Source: Sarea resinae
Lineage: Eukaryota
Assembly: GCA_026026165.1 (NCBI GenBank)
Contig: JAPEUD010000016.1
Location: 248,001-312,000 of the forward strand
Direction of reading: 5' to 3'
DNA: 64,000 bases
A model generated the notes under the pieces. That model saw nothing but the letters and a program-made list of their open reading frames with translations, was not told where the DNA came from and did not search any database. Shown piece by piece: positions 14,201 to 27,845 of the stretch; the stretch's first letter is position 1; each line of letters opens with the position of its first letter. The translations under genes and the position numbers were made by a program.

Positions 14201-15019
14201 ACCTGTGACTCAGGTTTGAGCACTCCAACGATATACGGGTTTGTGCTTAAGGGCCAAATGGATCTGGCCATCCCTTCAGCCCATTTCGCAAGATCTGACC
14301 CTGAATGCGGTGTGCCAAAGAAGACAATCCCACGAGTGCAATCAAAGATTCGTCCTTTGTGAGGCTCGACATTCTTGTAAGATTGGCAGAGGGCCTTGAT
14401 GTTACATTAGCTGCTGCTGCTTAGGAGCAGGCATACGAAGCGATTCACATCCTCACAGACAAGTCCTCCCAAATCATGAGCAACGAAAATTATGGGAACG
14501 TGATCCTGATGAATCGGCAATCAGAGGACAAACTTGCTCAAGCACAAGGACGCAATACACGCAATTTACCGTTTGATCGTCCTCTCGGAGTGCCGCAATC
14601 GCGGACAAAAGAGTACTAGAGTGATGGGCAAGTCGATTGGCTGAGACGGCCTTCCAGCCTATAAATCGGGAATCATATCCATATGTCATGATCCTGGCCT
14701 CGGGGATTTTGGCAGGGAGCAGCGCCTGAGGCCAAGGCTGGGCGGCGCCGTTGGCCGTCCACGTCTTTTCTCGGTGCCCATTCAGACCGTGGATGAATAT
14801 GATACTAGAGGTTCAACCACGGTCAGTCAAGTACGGTCTGATTTTCGGAAATTCTATGAAGCAAAGAGCTCACTCTACAGAAGGAATTTCAGGTCTGTGC
14901 AACACTTTCAGACCAAAGGGAGGACTTTCAGAGCTGCTCCCCGAGCTATTCCGATCCTGATCAGATGAATTTGAGGCGGTGGAAGACCTAAAAAGGCGAC
15001 GGATGCGATTCTGCGGCAT
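11277..15019 (-). pseudogene. Degenerate fungal NLR gene: SesB-like alpha/beta hydrolase - NB-ARC - TPR
   Basis: The N-terminus reads DIIFIHGLNGHREKTW...WPQALLPAKIPEARIMTYGYDS, IIFVAHDLGG and IVFFGTPHSGS. NB-ARC: HFVGRE, Walker A GIYGVG|KTQVA, WLMVMDNA, ILFTTRD, LPLAITQAAAFI and YSMHQIVQ. TPRs include YQRALDGQTEVLGPKHPDT. There is a frameshift near 12520 and in-frame stops (e.g. 12011-12013, 11804-11806). The 3' end is approximate. Confidence 0.85.
12268..12386 (+). rRNA. Dispersed 5S rRNA gene, full length (119 nt)
   Basis: ACATACGGCCATAGG...GATCCCGTCCGCTCT...GGATTAGTAGTTGGGTCGGTGACGACCAGCGAATACCCGCTGTTGTATGT. The ends pair (ACATAC/GTATGT), an oligo-T Pol III terminator follows, and ATATATA lies about 24-30 nt upstream. 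Confidence 0.96.
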
Positions 15020-16022
15020 CGTCCTTTCGAATTCTAGTCTTCGATTCGCATGGAGATGCTTGAAATCAGCATTGAAGGGGTCTCGTAGCTCAGGTAAAGA
15101 TCATGACCAGCAACGGGCTTTTGACAGGCGTTTGCAGAGCAGACAGGAAATGAACAAGGGAGAGCGATGCCATAAATACGCTGGCAATAGGCAGCTAAGC
15201 GCCGAGAAGGATGCCATGCAGGCAATGCAGGCCGACGGCACATGTTGCCAGGGGCACAGCCCCTCGACAGAGCGAGCTCTTTACAGGACTGAAATGACGG
15301 GTTCACAACCGATACATCTAGCAACGAAACGCTGAAACGTGAATCGCATCTTCAGACACTTGATGACATCCACTGCGCGAATGCGCATCGTGTCGCCCTC
15401 ATCGAGGAACGGAAGCCATATGATGTTTCGGCCAATGCTGATGCTGACGCTGATGGTGATGGTGATGCTGCTGGTTGTTAGCACGTAATAGCATCAATGT
15501 CAGTGATGCCAAGCAGAAGCACAGCAGCAGCAACATCTCGATCGACGGCCTCCATCATCTGGGCGGATCGCGGAGAAGAGATCCAGGGAATAGGCATAGT
15601 ACCCGTGCACTGAAAGTAGCACCTACAGCCCGTGACGACAGTGCGGCAGCGGTACTTCCATCTACACGCTATGCTTTGCCATGCCGCGCCGCACGACAAG
15701 TCCTCTTCTGGTATTTCCCGCCTCGTACCGTCCAGATGTATTCGTAACGCCGAGTGACCACCTCCACATCATCCTGGCCACGCTCAACAACAGGGAAAGC
15801 AGAGCGAAGAGCCGCAGATGATACGCAGACCTCATCATCACCATCACCATCACCATCACCATCATCGCCTTCAGCTCTCTGCAACCTCACGATCCACAAG
15901 TCATTACTCTCAGCCTCCACCAAAGAGCCATCATTGCCCATCTGCCTCCCCTGGACCGACTACCCTTCCTCAGGGGATCGTTGTGCTTGTCGGCTGTGCA
16001 TTTCCACCGCCTCCTAAAGTGA

Positions 16023-16912
<890 letters not shown>

Positions 16913-17026
16913 AGTGGAGGAGAGCCGAGATGCTGCAGACGGGAGCGGTGCGAGGTTGCCGATCAAGGGAAGATACCAGAGTAATGTTGGCAGAGAACAC
17001 AAGAGGGCGAGGATGGGCAATGATGT

Positions 17027-17029
<3 letters not shown>

Positions 17030-17058
<29 letters not shown>

Positions 17059-18240
17059 CCACATTTCTAAACAGGACTGAGAGCCAGCCACCACGAGGAA
17101 GCTAGAACAAGCCGGACAACATCAAGAGAGAGCGCCAAGCCAGCAAACCCATTCACCACGTATCCTTCCGACCCCGCTTCGTCAAATATCATCACTCAAT
17201 CACATTTCCAGCTCCTTCAAGCCCTGTACCAACCAACCACCCACCCACCCACGTATCTATACTCGGCCTCACTACTTTCATTTCGACCACACCGCTCAGC
17301 GCTCTTACCTTTCTCTCTCTCTAGCTAGCCGGCGTCTCTCTCTCTCTTTCTCCGTATCAGTCTTTCTCCCTCACTCTCTCTCTCTCTCTCTGTAGTCGGT
17401 GTTTGCATTTCCCATTCCATAGGCCGCTAATTTGTCATTTTTTTTTCTTTTCCCTGACTCATCCTGTTCCCATTCCATTGCGTCCGTGTTCCTTCCGTTG
17501 CATTTCCTTTGTCATCTCATTGCGTCGAGTCGATGCTCGGTGAGACTAAATAAACCTCCCTATCTATCGATCTATCCATTTACTCGTGTGTCTATATGTG
17601 TCTGCGTGTGTATGTATGTATACGTCTAACTCCCCCGTGTCCCCCGTGTCGGTCCTTCCCGCGTGCGTGCATACGTGCTAGTATCCAAGCCTCCAAGCCT
17701 ACAACCCTCAACTCTCAACCATCACTCCTCACTCATCACTCACATCCCCTACAGAATCCCCCTACAGAATCCCCCTATCCCCCTACAGAATCCCCTATAA
17801 TGAAAGTCTTCTCCAAACGAAAGGGGTTAGTCCACGTACCCAATTACGAAACCAGATTACGGAAAAGGGAAGCCAGTCAGGCGGGCGGGGAGAAGGGAGG
17901 GGGGGGGGATGGAAGAAAATGAAAAGGGGGGGAGGGGGCGGGAGATAGAGGTATAGGAGGTAGCGTAGTGAGAAAGGGGAAGAGGGAGAGGGAGAGGGAG
18001 AGAGGGAGAGAGGGGGAGGGGGGGATGATGGTGGTTTTGCCGAGACAAGTAAAATAAAAGCGAGAGGAAAGCAAAGGAAAAGGAAACTAGGTACTTACCT
18101 TACACATTACCTTTACCTTTTTCTTTACCTAGAGATACAGTAGGTAATCTATTTATTTTTAAGTCTTTTATACTCCGTATCTACTCCGTGTACCGTACTG
18201 TCCTAGTGAAATGTATGCCAGAGACCATAGTAGATGTAGT
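17030..18240. repeat. Low-complexity convergent intergenic region: (AG)n, (CT)n, G/A purine tracts, short tandem ATCCCCCTACAGA repeat (~17746-17798)
   Basis: Read directly from the sequence. Confidence 0.8.
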
Positions 18241-18632
18241 CGACGCAGACAGAGATGGACGACCATTATAGAGAATTCGTGCGGAGATCTTAGTGGGTAG
18301 GGATGTGTTTGGTGTTTGATGGCTTGCACTTGCTAGCGTGTGGCATCTGTGGAGGGTTGGAAGAAGGGAGGGGGCTGGATGGTGTGGAGCGGTGGGAAGT
18401 GTTTGCGTTTTTCAATGGTGTGTTGTGTCGGTGTGGTGGTAGCTTGTATTATGCAATTATGTTATCGATAAAATCTATCGTTGAGATTGAATTGTCCATC
18501 TGTTCTGTTCTGCTCTGTTCTGTTCTATGGCCCTATCTACCGGGGGTATCTTCCACATGCACGCGCGCCAGCACCCAAGTACCCGACGCACCGAATGCCT
18601 AGGTACTCAAAACAGCGGCTCCCAAAAGGAAA

Positions 18633-20164
18633 TCACCACAAGATCTCGGCCCCAACGACGCCCGCGTCTTCAGCCACCGCCTCTTCGGCATCATCTTCCG
18701 CGCCACCCTGCAGACTCGGACGAGGTTGTCGTCGGCGCCGGCGGAGACTAGGCACCACGCGGCGATGCCAGGCGCGCACGAAGCGGCGGGCCTCGGTCTC
18801 GGATGCCAGCGAGATGATCCAGTGCTGGGCGCCTGCGCGGGCACGGGCGCGTTCTTGGCCGCGTAGGAGGCCCTGGCGGTGGCGCGGGGGCCGTTTGGAT
18901 GGTTCGTCGCCTTCTTCGGGCGAGGTGGTGGGGTGCTCGTCGATTTCCGAGGCTGGGGGGTCGGACATTAGGGCTACGGGGGCGTCGACGCGCGAGATGG
19001 GTGGTTCCGAGGTGGATAACGACCAGGGCATTGCGCGGTCCTTGCCGTCGGTGTCGACGAGGTGGCGCAGCGTCGTCGGGGTCAGGGTCATGAGGGCTGA
19101 AGTCGACGAGGAGGAGAGCGTGAAGAGCACGCGGAAGGGGTGTTGCTTGTTGTGCGGTTTGGGGTACTGCGGGCGCGGACGATTGCTGGTGTCGCCTGTC
19201 ACCGTGGTAAAGCTAGAGCCCTGGTTCTGGTTCCGCAGCACCATCCGTTCGTAGCCGCCTCGTTCGACTAGTTGTTGGAGTTCGCGCTCTTTGGGAAAGG
19301 GTGCAGTGTGGATGGAGAATACGGGCGGCGTCGAGAGCGCCGTGAGCGTGTAGGCTGTCAAGAGGCTTCCGGCGTCGACGTTGGGGGTCGAAAGGGGCTT
19401 GTTCAGTGGGGTGGGGATGCTGGCGTTGGATTCGTAGAGCGCTAGTGTGCGCAGGGCTTTAAGGTTCGCAATGTATGCGTTTGCGGACGAGGGGGAGCGG
19501 AAGATGAGGTAGTAGTGTGGCTGGGGGGCGAGCGTTCGCGGGTTGCGGCCGGGTATTACTATAGCATACATTAGAAGGAACTTGATCGTCAACAAAAGAC
19601 ATAGACACCTTTCAGGATGTCGCCCTCGTTGCGCCAGCCAGAGATATGTTGGCCTTGAGGCACCAGGCGGCGGAAGTCGTCTTCCGTCAATGACAGGCTC
19701 ATATTTTTGATGATGACCACTGTAGTCGTATCTGGGCCTTTTGCTTGTTGTGTCTGCTTCTTGATTGTGGAGGTGTCGTTCGAGTGAAGATGGGGATCCT
19801 GGAGATCTTGAAAGTCCGACGAGAGAGCTAGTCGCGGGATGTGTCGCTCTGCGCGGGGTTTGGCCGAGCGTCCGGTCCACCATCTGGCTTTGGTGCTTTC
19901 GGGGAACAGTTCCTGGAGAAGAGATATAGCGGGTGTAGGAGGAGGCGTTGTTGGTGCTGGCGAGGGGGTAGACGTGGAGGCGGAGGGGGAGGGGGAGGAG
20001 GGAGAGGGGGAAGGAGATGAGGGACGGTTAGGGCGTTGTTGGTGCTTGGAGACGGTGGTATGAAGACATCGTGCTTGAAGAGCCCGAGTCTCAACGAGGG
20101 TCCAGGACGGGAGTAGGAATTGAGGAGGCAGATGAGGCAGATGAGGCAGATGAGGCGGTGGCAT
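18633..20164 (-). CDS. Conserved fungal hypothetical protein, probably mitochondrial (degenerate RRM-like blocks)
   Basis: Two ORFs joined by an intron at ~19608-19559 give VVIIKNMSLSLTEDDFRRLVPQGQHISGW...ILK|VIPGRNPRTLAPQPHYYLIFRS, with C-terminal WIISLASETEARRFVRAWHRR. The N-terminus has an RCLHTT presequence-like motif. Confidence 0.7.
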
Positions 20165-20899
20165 GCTGCTGTTGATGAGGTTGATGAATCGATGATATCT
20201 GATATCTTGGAGTTTCGTCCAAGTTCCCGCTGTCTACGCCCAGCTGCGTACAGTACAGTATGCCGAGTCTGGCATGGTCCCTCGGTCGAAGCTCAAGCTT
20301 ACCTCAGCAGGCTCAGACCATAGATCACGTGGACCCGGATTAACATCCGGCCCGTTCGGATGAATGACTAATCATTCCCAAAAGGGAAATCCACGAGATT
20401 ATAGTCTGAGGCAGATTTACCAACTTTGTATAGACTGAGCGCGAGTTATTAACGCGTTGCAGATATTTAACTTAGTATATCTCTGCAATTATATCTGCAA
20501 GCATCTTTAAAACCTAATCACCTATGAAGAATATATAAGGCTATGTAATAGTCTGTTTTACATCTTATAAGGATTATTAGTTTAGGATATCTTATGCCTT
20601 AAAGTCAAAAACGTGTTAGTAGGAGCGAGCGGCTTTAATTCTAGCAGATATGCTAATTTGTGACTGCTACAGCAATATCCGCTATATACCTGCAGCGAAT
20701 GATTTCTGATACACTCTAGGTCGATTATAAGCGCCTGTGAGGGCTGTTTTTATCTGTGCTACACCTGCACAACCACCTCGCTATCGACTATATCCGCTGT
20801 TGTTGCTTAGGTTAGATGCCGCTAAAGAAACACACCTGCAGAGAGTTATATAACCGCAAGGTAGATAAAGAGATAGAGCAACAACAGCGCGATAGAATA

Positions 20900-23227
20900 G
20901 CCTATAATAGACTGTCAACAGACAAAGAGCGTTAAATATAGAAGCTGCAAGATAACATTTAACAGCTCTATAATGCGGACAAAGAGGAACAACAAGAGGC
21001 TATTAACGCTATTATCTGCGCGATATATCTATATAGCAGACGGCTAGGGCAGCTGACAGCACTCTGCTAGTTGCTATATACTAAGCAAGACTTATTCCTT
21101 GTCGCTAAGACCTTGTTTAGAAAGAGCATGATAATGCAGTCGCTCCTATGCCTGGTCTGCAGGGCTATAGTTCTTATTATCCTTCTGTTAAATAAGATCG
21201 GCGAAGAGCAGACCGCGCAGATAAGAGGACTCACTAGTATAAAGCCTGTTTATATAACAGGAGATAATAACAACTATCTGCTGCTTAAGGCTATCTGCAC
21301 AGGCGAATATACCTATATCCTAATGTCGCTAGAACTAGCTGTCAGCCTAAAATTAGAGCGGATATAGAAGGATATTAGACTGCAGGCGCGGATATCGCTA
21401 GTGGTCTTAGATAAGGTGCATCTAGTGTTAAATTAGTCCTCCTTCTGCCGTTCTTATGCTAGTCTTAGCATACTGCGCGGATTACTCAGAACTAAGCCCT
21501 GGTTCGCCTGCACTGCAACGCTAGATAATGATACGTTCGCAGATGTACGCTGACTTGCAGGCTTTAGAGAAGATGTTAAGGTCGTCTGCACTTCTATTAA
21601 TCGTCTAGAACTAGCAATCGTCTGAGAATATATGTGTAGAGGCGACAAGCGATCGTTCAATTGCCTCTACTTTATTATTGAAGGCTGCAGCGCTAGTATC
21701 AGGGATACTCTATTGTCTGCCGCGGATGTAACGTCTAGGACTAGCGGACTAGACGCTATAGCATCAGCTGCGCTTAGTCTAGACTGTTCAGCATCAGGTC
21801 AATGTGCTAGTCAGTATTACCAGAATGATTGTCTAACTCTGCAGCAGATAACAAAGACAGTTGTCTTTATAAACAGCAAGCGATTGCTAAAGGAAGCTTG
21901 TGACAAGGTGCGCAGATAGTTGCAAGAGCGCGGATATCTAGCGCGGCTAGCAATGCAGACTATTAGAGTATACTATGCTACGCTTGCAACGAACGACAAG
22001 GAGCAGATATAGCATGAATTTTCAGAACAACTGTCTAGGATCTAGGTATTGTTCTGCTCTGATGCGGTTGCACAAGGAGCAGATATCGCGGATATCAAGC
22101 GTGTCATCTACTTTAGTCTGTTCTGCGACCGCCTTGCGAGCCTAGTCTAGCAACGTTTTAGTCGTGCAGCACGCGGCAGCGGTCAGAAGGGTAAGGCAAT
22201 ACTGCTTGTTAATGACTAGTGTAAGGGTCTAAAGGTGCAGACAAACCTTAGGGGTATTAGCAAGACTGACAGTCAGCAGCGGATCAGGGCTACTGCAGCG
22301 CAGACGCTTGTTTCCTTATCCTAGTCAAGTCAGCTGAGTTAAGAATACAATTGCAGAGATAGTGAGGATTCTAACAATATAAGTAATGTCTCTGTCTCTG
22401 CCTCAATCGCACTGCTAGACAAAGCAGACAGTCAACTACAGACTATGCGAGAATTGACTCTAGGAGGATCGCGTGTAGCCCTACCCGCCGAATTAAGGCC
22501 TTGTCCTACGGATTTAAGGCCTAGAAGCGTGTATAAACAGAGAGCAGACCTTCTACGTCCGCTATATAACTTTGCGAACAAGGAAAAGGCTTGCCTGCAG
22601 CAGATATTCCTGCAGACCTTTAACAAAGACTTAGCAGATAATAGCACTAAAGAGCCTGTTCCTAGCAGACGCTGCTGTTCGAACTGCAATCCAGAACTTC
22701 AGCTGTCTAAAAGGCCTGACTTTAGACTATTTAGCAGTGATATGCTGCAGTCAAAGAACAACAAGCACTTAATTAGCTGGATTAAGCAATGGATATTAGA
22801 CTAGGCGCAGACGAAATACAGCGATATGATTTGGATCCTAGTCCTAGGATGTGTGATTTCGTCTGATGTTGTTTAGCAGATATGCAATCAGAAGCATAGT
22901 ATCTACAACGCAGAAACGCTGCTTCGCTGTGCAGAATAGGATAGAGGAGACTTTAACAAGGCTGATCTAGACTTATTAGCAGCGTTTATCTGCGCGGATA
23001 GTCAGGTTCCGCGTTCATATAGGGATGCACTGATTATAGCCAATTCTCCTTTGTTACTAACGCCACTAGAGTCAAATCAACTGTCTGACCAGCTGCTAAC
23101 AGCCACTAATTATCGCTGTAAATCGATGACTATTAACAAGTTAGCGTCAGACAAGGCACTAAAGAGACAGCGGCTATTAGCTCCTATTAATATAAATAGA
23201 AATATCTGCAGCGAACAAAGGAAGTAA
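20900..23227 (+). pseudogene. RecQ-like SF2 helicase of the transposon (RIP stops)
   Basis: DLFLVAKTLFRKSMIMQ (motif I, AKTSFGKS-like), VVLDKVHLVLN*SSF (DExH), PWFACTATLD, VLFCSDAVAQGADIADIKRVI, QRFSRAAR (motif VI), and Zn-binding C...RRCCSNCNP. Boundaries are approximate. Confidence 0.85.
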
Positions 23228-23305
23228 ACAAAGGCAGACTAAATAGCAGTGAATATCTACAGCGAATAAAGAAGGTAAATAAAGGCGGACTAAATAACAG
23301 TGAAT
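23201..23305. repeat. 51-bp tandem duplication at the helicase 3' end
   Basis: Units start at 23201 and 23252 and differ only by G/A and C/T transitions. Confidence 0.85.
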
Positions 23306-23508
23306 GTAAAGCTATTCGCTTGTATAGCCGCATTAGTTAGCAGCACACCTTTGCATTCGACCTCTTTGTTCGTCTTATAACCCACCTAACTATAACATCC
23401 TTATCAACATCCTTATCAACATTATCAGCATCATTATTATCAACATCATCACTACCCTTATTGACAGCCTATTAGCAGCGATTATATTAGCGTTAAACAG
23501 CTACTAAG

Positions 23509-24849
23509 ATGCCGCCTAGTGAAGCAGACAATGATGAATTGAACTAGTACGTTAAGGCTGTGATTAAGGAGAGGGCCAGAGCACTAGGACCCTTGTAGGC
23601 TATAGCCTAAGGTTATTATCTAAGACAACAACTGACGTGATAACAGCAGAGAGATAGTTGAGACAAATAAGACAGTGAGAGTAGCAGCGAATGTTAGCAG
23701 ACTACTGTTATTACTTCTAGTATGTTGATCCGCCCTATAAATGACTTAGTCAGCCGCAGCTAACAAGACAGCTGCATTTCAGCCGCTAAGAGATAGAGGC
23801 AGCAGAAGAGGTGGCTGCCTACAATAAGAACCCGCGTTCAGATGATCTAGCAAGCGTTAAGAACATAGCCGCTCCTCCTAGTGATACTGTACTGTCTATG
23901 CCGCGTAGCCTGCCATCTCTGCCGTCTGATAAACTATCTTCGCCGCGGTCACCGATGTCTCTGCAGTCTCTGCCGCCTTAGACGCTGTCTCTGCCGCCCT
24001 AGACACCCTCTCTACTAGCTCAGCCGGCTCAACCGGCTCAGACACCCTCTCTAGATAGTCTGCCACTAAGCCAGTCCACTTTTCAGGATAGTACGTGGGA
24101 CGTCTGCCGTCTGATTCAGCCTGACTAGCTAGCCCCTGATCTAGCCGTGTGGGATAGCCTTTCAGAGACTCGCTAAAAGGCATATGCTCACGCTAATCTC
24201 ATTGTGAATGATCTGTACTAGGGCGTTTCACTCACTAGGAAATGCGAAAGGTGCGTTAATAAGGGCATTCTGTGCATGATCTATTAGAGTAGGCTGAAAA
24301 GGCGGATAGTAAAGCTAAGGGACAACTGTGCAGGGTGCTGTGTAGCGGGCAAACCGTGCCGCTATAATGCAGACGCGGACGATAATGACAAAGACGATGA
24401 TGCGCAGCCTGTAAGCAGATTAGCAATGCAGATATCAAACATCACTGACCCTGTATTAGGAGCAACCTCCTCTGCAGCAGGTGACACGTCAATCAGCTAA
24501 ACAAGCAAATGATAATCAAGATAATAGTCCACTGCAAAAGAAGGTATGACAGATCTATCCGCACTTATTAGGCATGAGCTGACGTAGTATATAGAGCTGC
24601 AAGAAGGACAGTCGAAAGCCTATTAAGGAGAGCGATGTCACTAAGCAAGCACCTGTACAGCCTACCGCAACGCCTTCGACGAATATCTGCACCAGCAGCG
24701 AATCAATCATGCTATCCGCACTAGGACAGAGTGCTATAGAACGGCGGGTTGCAGACCTAGGCGCAGAAGTGACCCACCTTAGGGCAGAAGTGGCGCGGGT
24801 ATCTAGAAACATCCTTGAGATATTGGCTATCGTCTGCTGTAGGGCCTAG
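23509..24849 (+). pseudogene. Transposon accessory ORF with Zn2Cys6-like cluster and C-terminal coiled coil (RIP stops)
   Basis: KCERCVNKGILCMIY*SRLKRRIVKLRDNCAGCCVAGKPC (C-x2-C-x6-C-x17-C-x2-C-x6-C, 24243-24359) follows a GCTAAT...TAG acceptor at 24221. The tail reads IERRVADLGAEVTHLRAEVARVSRNILEILAIV. The 5' part and start are uncertain. Confidence 0.6.
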
Positions 24850-25029
24850 TAGTTAGCTTAGTAGTTAGTTTATTAGCGTGTCAGTGCTGTCACACGTTTT
24901 CTAGTATCAAATCGAGTCTTTTGCCTGCGAACATAATATCACAGAGTGATGATATTAGAACATTACACTATAGAATATCCGCTGTGCCCTAGCCGCACAC
25001 GCTACATATCCTGCGCCTAACGAGATGTC

Positions 25030-27845
25030 AATATGACTGTATATTGATAGCAGATATACAAGTAAATGCTCACGTCTAAGCCCACTAAGGCTTGCACTGT
25101 ATCCTCCTTAATATCTCTAACAACTTAGTCGCCTAGTTCTATATATCTGCTGTTAAACAAAGGTAATCCTCTGCGCGCTAATTGATTAACGCCTAACTGC
25201 AGTAGACTAGGTGCAACATGCGCGGATAAGCGATCTTAGCGGCGGATGATTGAATCTTAAGCGATTAGATCAGCGAGACTTTTGATATCTTCTGCAGCAG
25301 ACCTGTCTAGATAAGATGCGTTGATCTGCTCGCCAAACGAGAATTCAAACTGAGCCTGCAGCGGAGCAAGATAGCTGCTTATTAACACCGACTATTTAAA
25401 CAGCGCTGTTACATCGAATGTTGAGTTGCCTTTCGTCTGCAAAAGGGTCTTTAGCTCAAGGTTTAGGAGTTCGTTCAATCGATCGACCTTGAAGAAGGCG
25501 TCTAATCTAGTATAGTTGCTGACAAGACTGTTCGCAAGGATCGCCTGCTGCAGATATTGATCACAGATAGGAGTAGATATTAGCCGCTAAAGACGAATCA
25601 TTTCTCGCGAGTAGTTGTGCGATAAACTCCTACTGAAATATAGACAGCTACAAGCAATAACGCGGCGGAGCAACCTAATATCCGCGCGTTTAATGGCATG
25701 CCTTAACGTTATATATGTCTCGACGTGGTGTAAGAAGCAGACATGATTAGAATACTCTAAATCATGCAGCAAACGCTGTTTATAAGAGCTTCGCTTTTGA
25801 TTAGGCGCTGAAGAAGCTATATCTGCTAGGTCCTTGCTTGTTTCGTACTAGGCTAGTTCCTAATAGGCGGTAGTAGAAAAGACTCTTTAGCGGATATCCT
25901 CTACCTGTCGAAGAAAATCCGCGGGACTTAGTCAGCGGATATATTCAGCTATCTGACCTTTATGCCTGTTCTTAAATCTAGCAGGCAAATCCGATATAAA
26001 TAGAGCAACGATCTGCGCCTGAAAGCTATGCCAGACTAGTTCTTACTAGTAGTAGAATAGCGCTTTATCCGCGGGTATATTCTGACAGCTAAGGAAGTTG
26101 ATATGCGAATAGAGGGTTAAGTATTGCTAGATATTACTCTCTCTGCTATAATGTGACCTGACAATCAATGCTAAAAGGTTTATCTGCAAGTAGAAGAGAC
26201 TAGGCACTAGTAATGCCTAGGCGAGGCGATTGTAGGCATCTGCTGCCTCTACCCGCTCAATTTAGCAAGAGCAGATAAGGCTTGCTGTTTTCTGATCTCT
26301 GAATATCAAGACCAACTGTTTCTCGAAGTTGACTGTATCTTAGCTGAGCTGGCAGACGAATATGTTGTCAAGCACATTATATGTGCCTGAAATAGAACCC
26401 TTACTCTTAGTGATTAGTCCTAGTGTGAGATGCTCTGTCTGCAAGGGCAGAAGAACATTAACGCATAGCATCTGCAGGAATTAAACACTATCCGCTGCGA
26501 ATATAGCCTCTGTCTGTTCTAGAAACGCTGCGCAGATAGAACTAGCAATAAGGTGAGTCAATATCTTGGTCTATGTCTTGTCTATGAAATTCCTGTCCGC
26601 CTTAAGCAGATCTATTACCTCTATACAGATATCTAGATAGTACATGTCTTGAGTGAGTGGTCTGTTTAGCAAGCATTGTCTGCGCAGTAGCTTTCTAGTC
26701 GTGTATAAACGAAAATCTCTGGTATTACCCACAGTCTAGTGTCGCACCCTTTGTTGCCACTCAAAGTTATTGTAGACCACTGTGAAATCCCACGTCCGCG
26801 CCGCGGAGGAGATATTTGCCTTGTTTTAGTTAGCTGGGTCTGCTGAATAGAAGGCGTTAATATCACGTTCCTTGCTCTGCTCTAATATCCGCAGCTTCTG
26901 CATATCAATTGTGCAATATCTGTCTACAAGTCTAAGGCTATGCAGCACGCTTAACGCTTAGCAGGTCAGCCCTGTATCCTTTAAATATAGTCCTAACAGG
27001 CGCGCGAAACAGTTTATAGAAGTCCTTAAACAGCTAAGGCTTAGTATTGATGTAGTCATGACTATTCAGCCTTTATCTGCTAGGGTTCTCTGCTGATACG
27101 CAGTGCTAGACTGTTTTGCCTCTGCTGCACCGCGGATAAGACGTGTAAGCATAGGCGCTGTCCGCTTAATAGTGTCTGCAGTGCTAGAGACATTAAGCTC
27201 CTTAAAACCTAGGTCCTTATTGTATCGCCTAAACAACAGACATTCGCCCTGCAGCCTGTCTAGCTTATTGCAGACAAGAGTAATAGCGCTGTCAACAACT
27301 ACAGCTCAGCCTTTGTCTGCACTAATCAGAAGTGTACAAAGACCCTTATAACTAAGGATAAGGTTAAGAAGGTCTTCTCTTCTCTTTATCTGCCGCCGCT
27401 CGTTACATTCTATAGTGCTCTCTAGCTAGAGTTGTATAAAGTAGATAGGCGTTATCTGCTATTCCTACAGTTGCCTTAGGATGCCTTAGACCTTTTCCTC
27501 TAGGCTTAAACGCTTGGTTGTATCAGGAGATAAAGTAGAAGGAGAAGATAACAGTAGCAGATCAGATATCTTAGGCGATAAACACGAATATAATAGTAGA
27601 TATGCAGGCGAATCAGATAACTCAGGCGTTAAAAGCGAATCTAAAGACAATAATAGCGAATCAGGCACCTTAAGCAGTGATAGCAGATGTATTAATAACA
27701 GTGGTGATAGTGGCGAATCAAGATTAGGCTATGACTGCGGTGCAGATAGTAGAGTTTGCAGTCTCTAAGGTGTATCTGCAGCGGATAAAGCCTCTGTCCT
27801 GCGGCGCTTCCTGCTAGTTCTAGAAAAAGGAGCGGATGCTGACAT
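25030..27845 (-). pseudogene. DUF6589-type (Academ-like) transposase (RIP stops)
   Basis: ATG at 27845 with a KRRR NLS. VVYNNFEW..VRH*T (YDN motif), SKGSISGTYNVLDNIF, LIFRDQKT (GDQxT), VPSLFYLQINLL (PGLFH), HSFQAQIVA, YITLRHAIKRADIRLL...HNYSREM, ILANSLVS and FFKVDRLNELLNLELK. The 3' end is approximate. Confidence 0.8.

Noticed and set aside
10440..15500. Starship element around the NLR/5S segment
   Set aside because: The 5S gene is uninterrupted and no tyrosine recombinase captain is visible.
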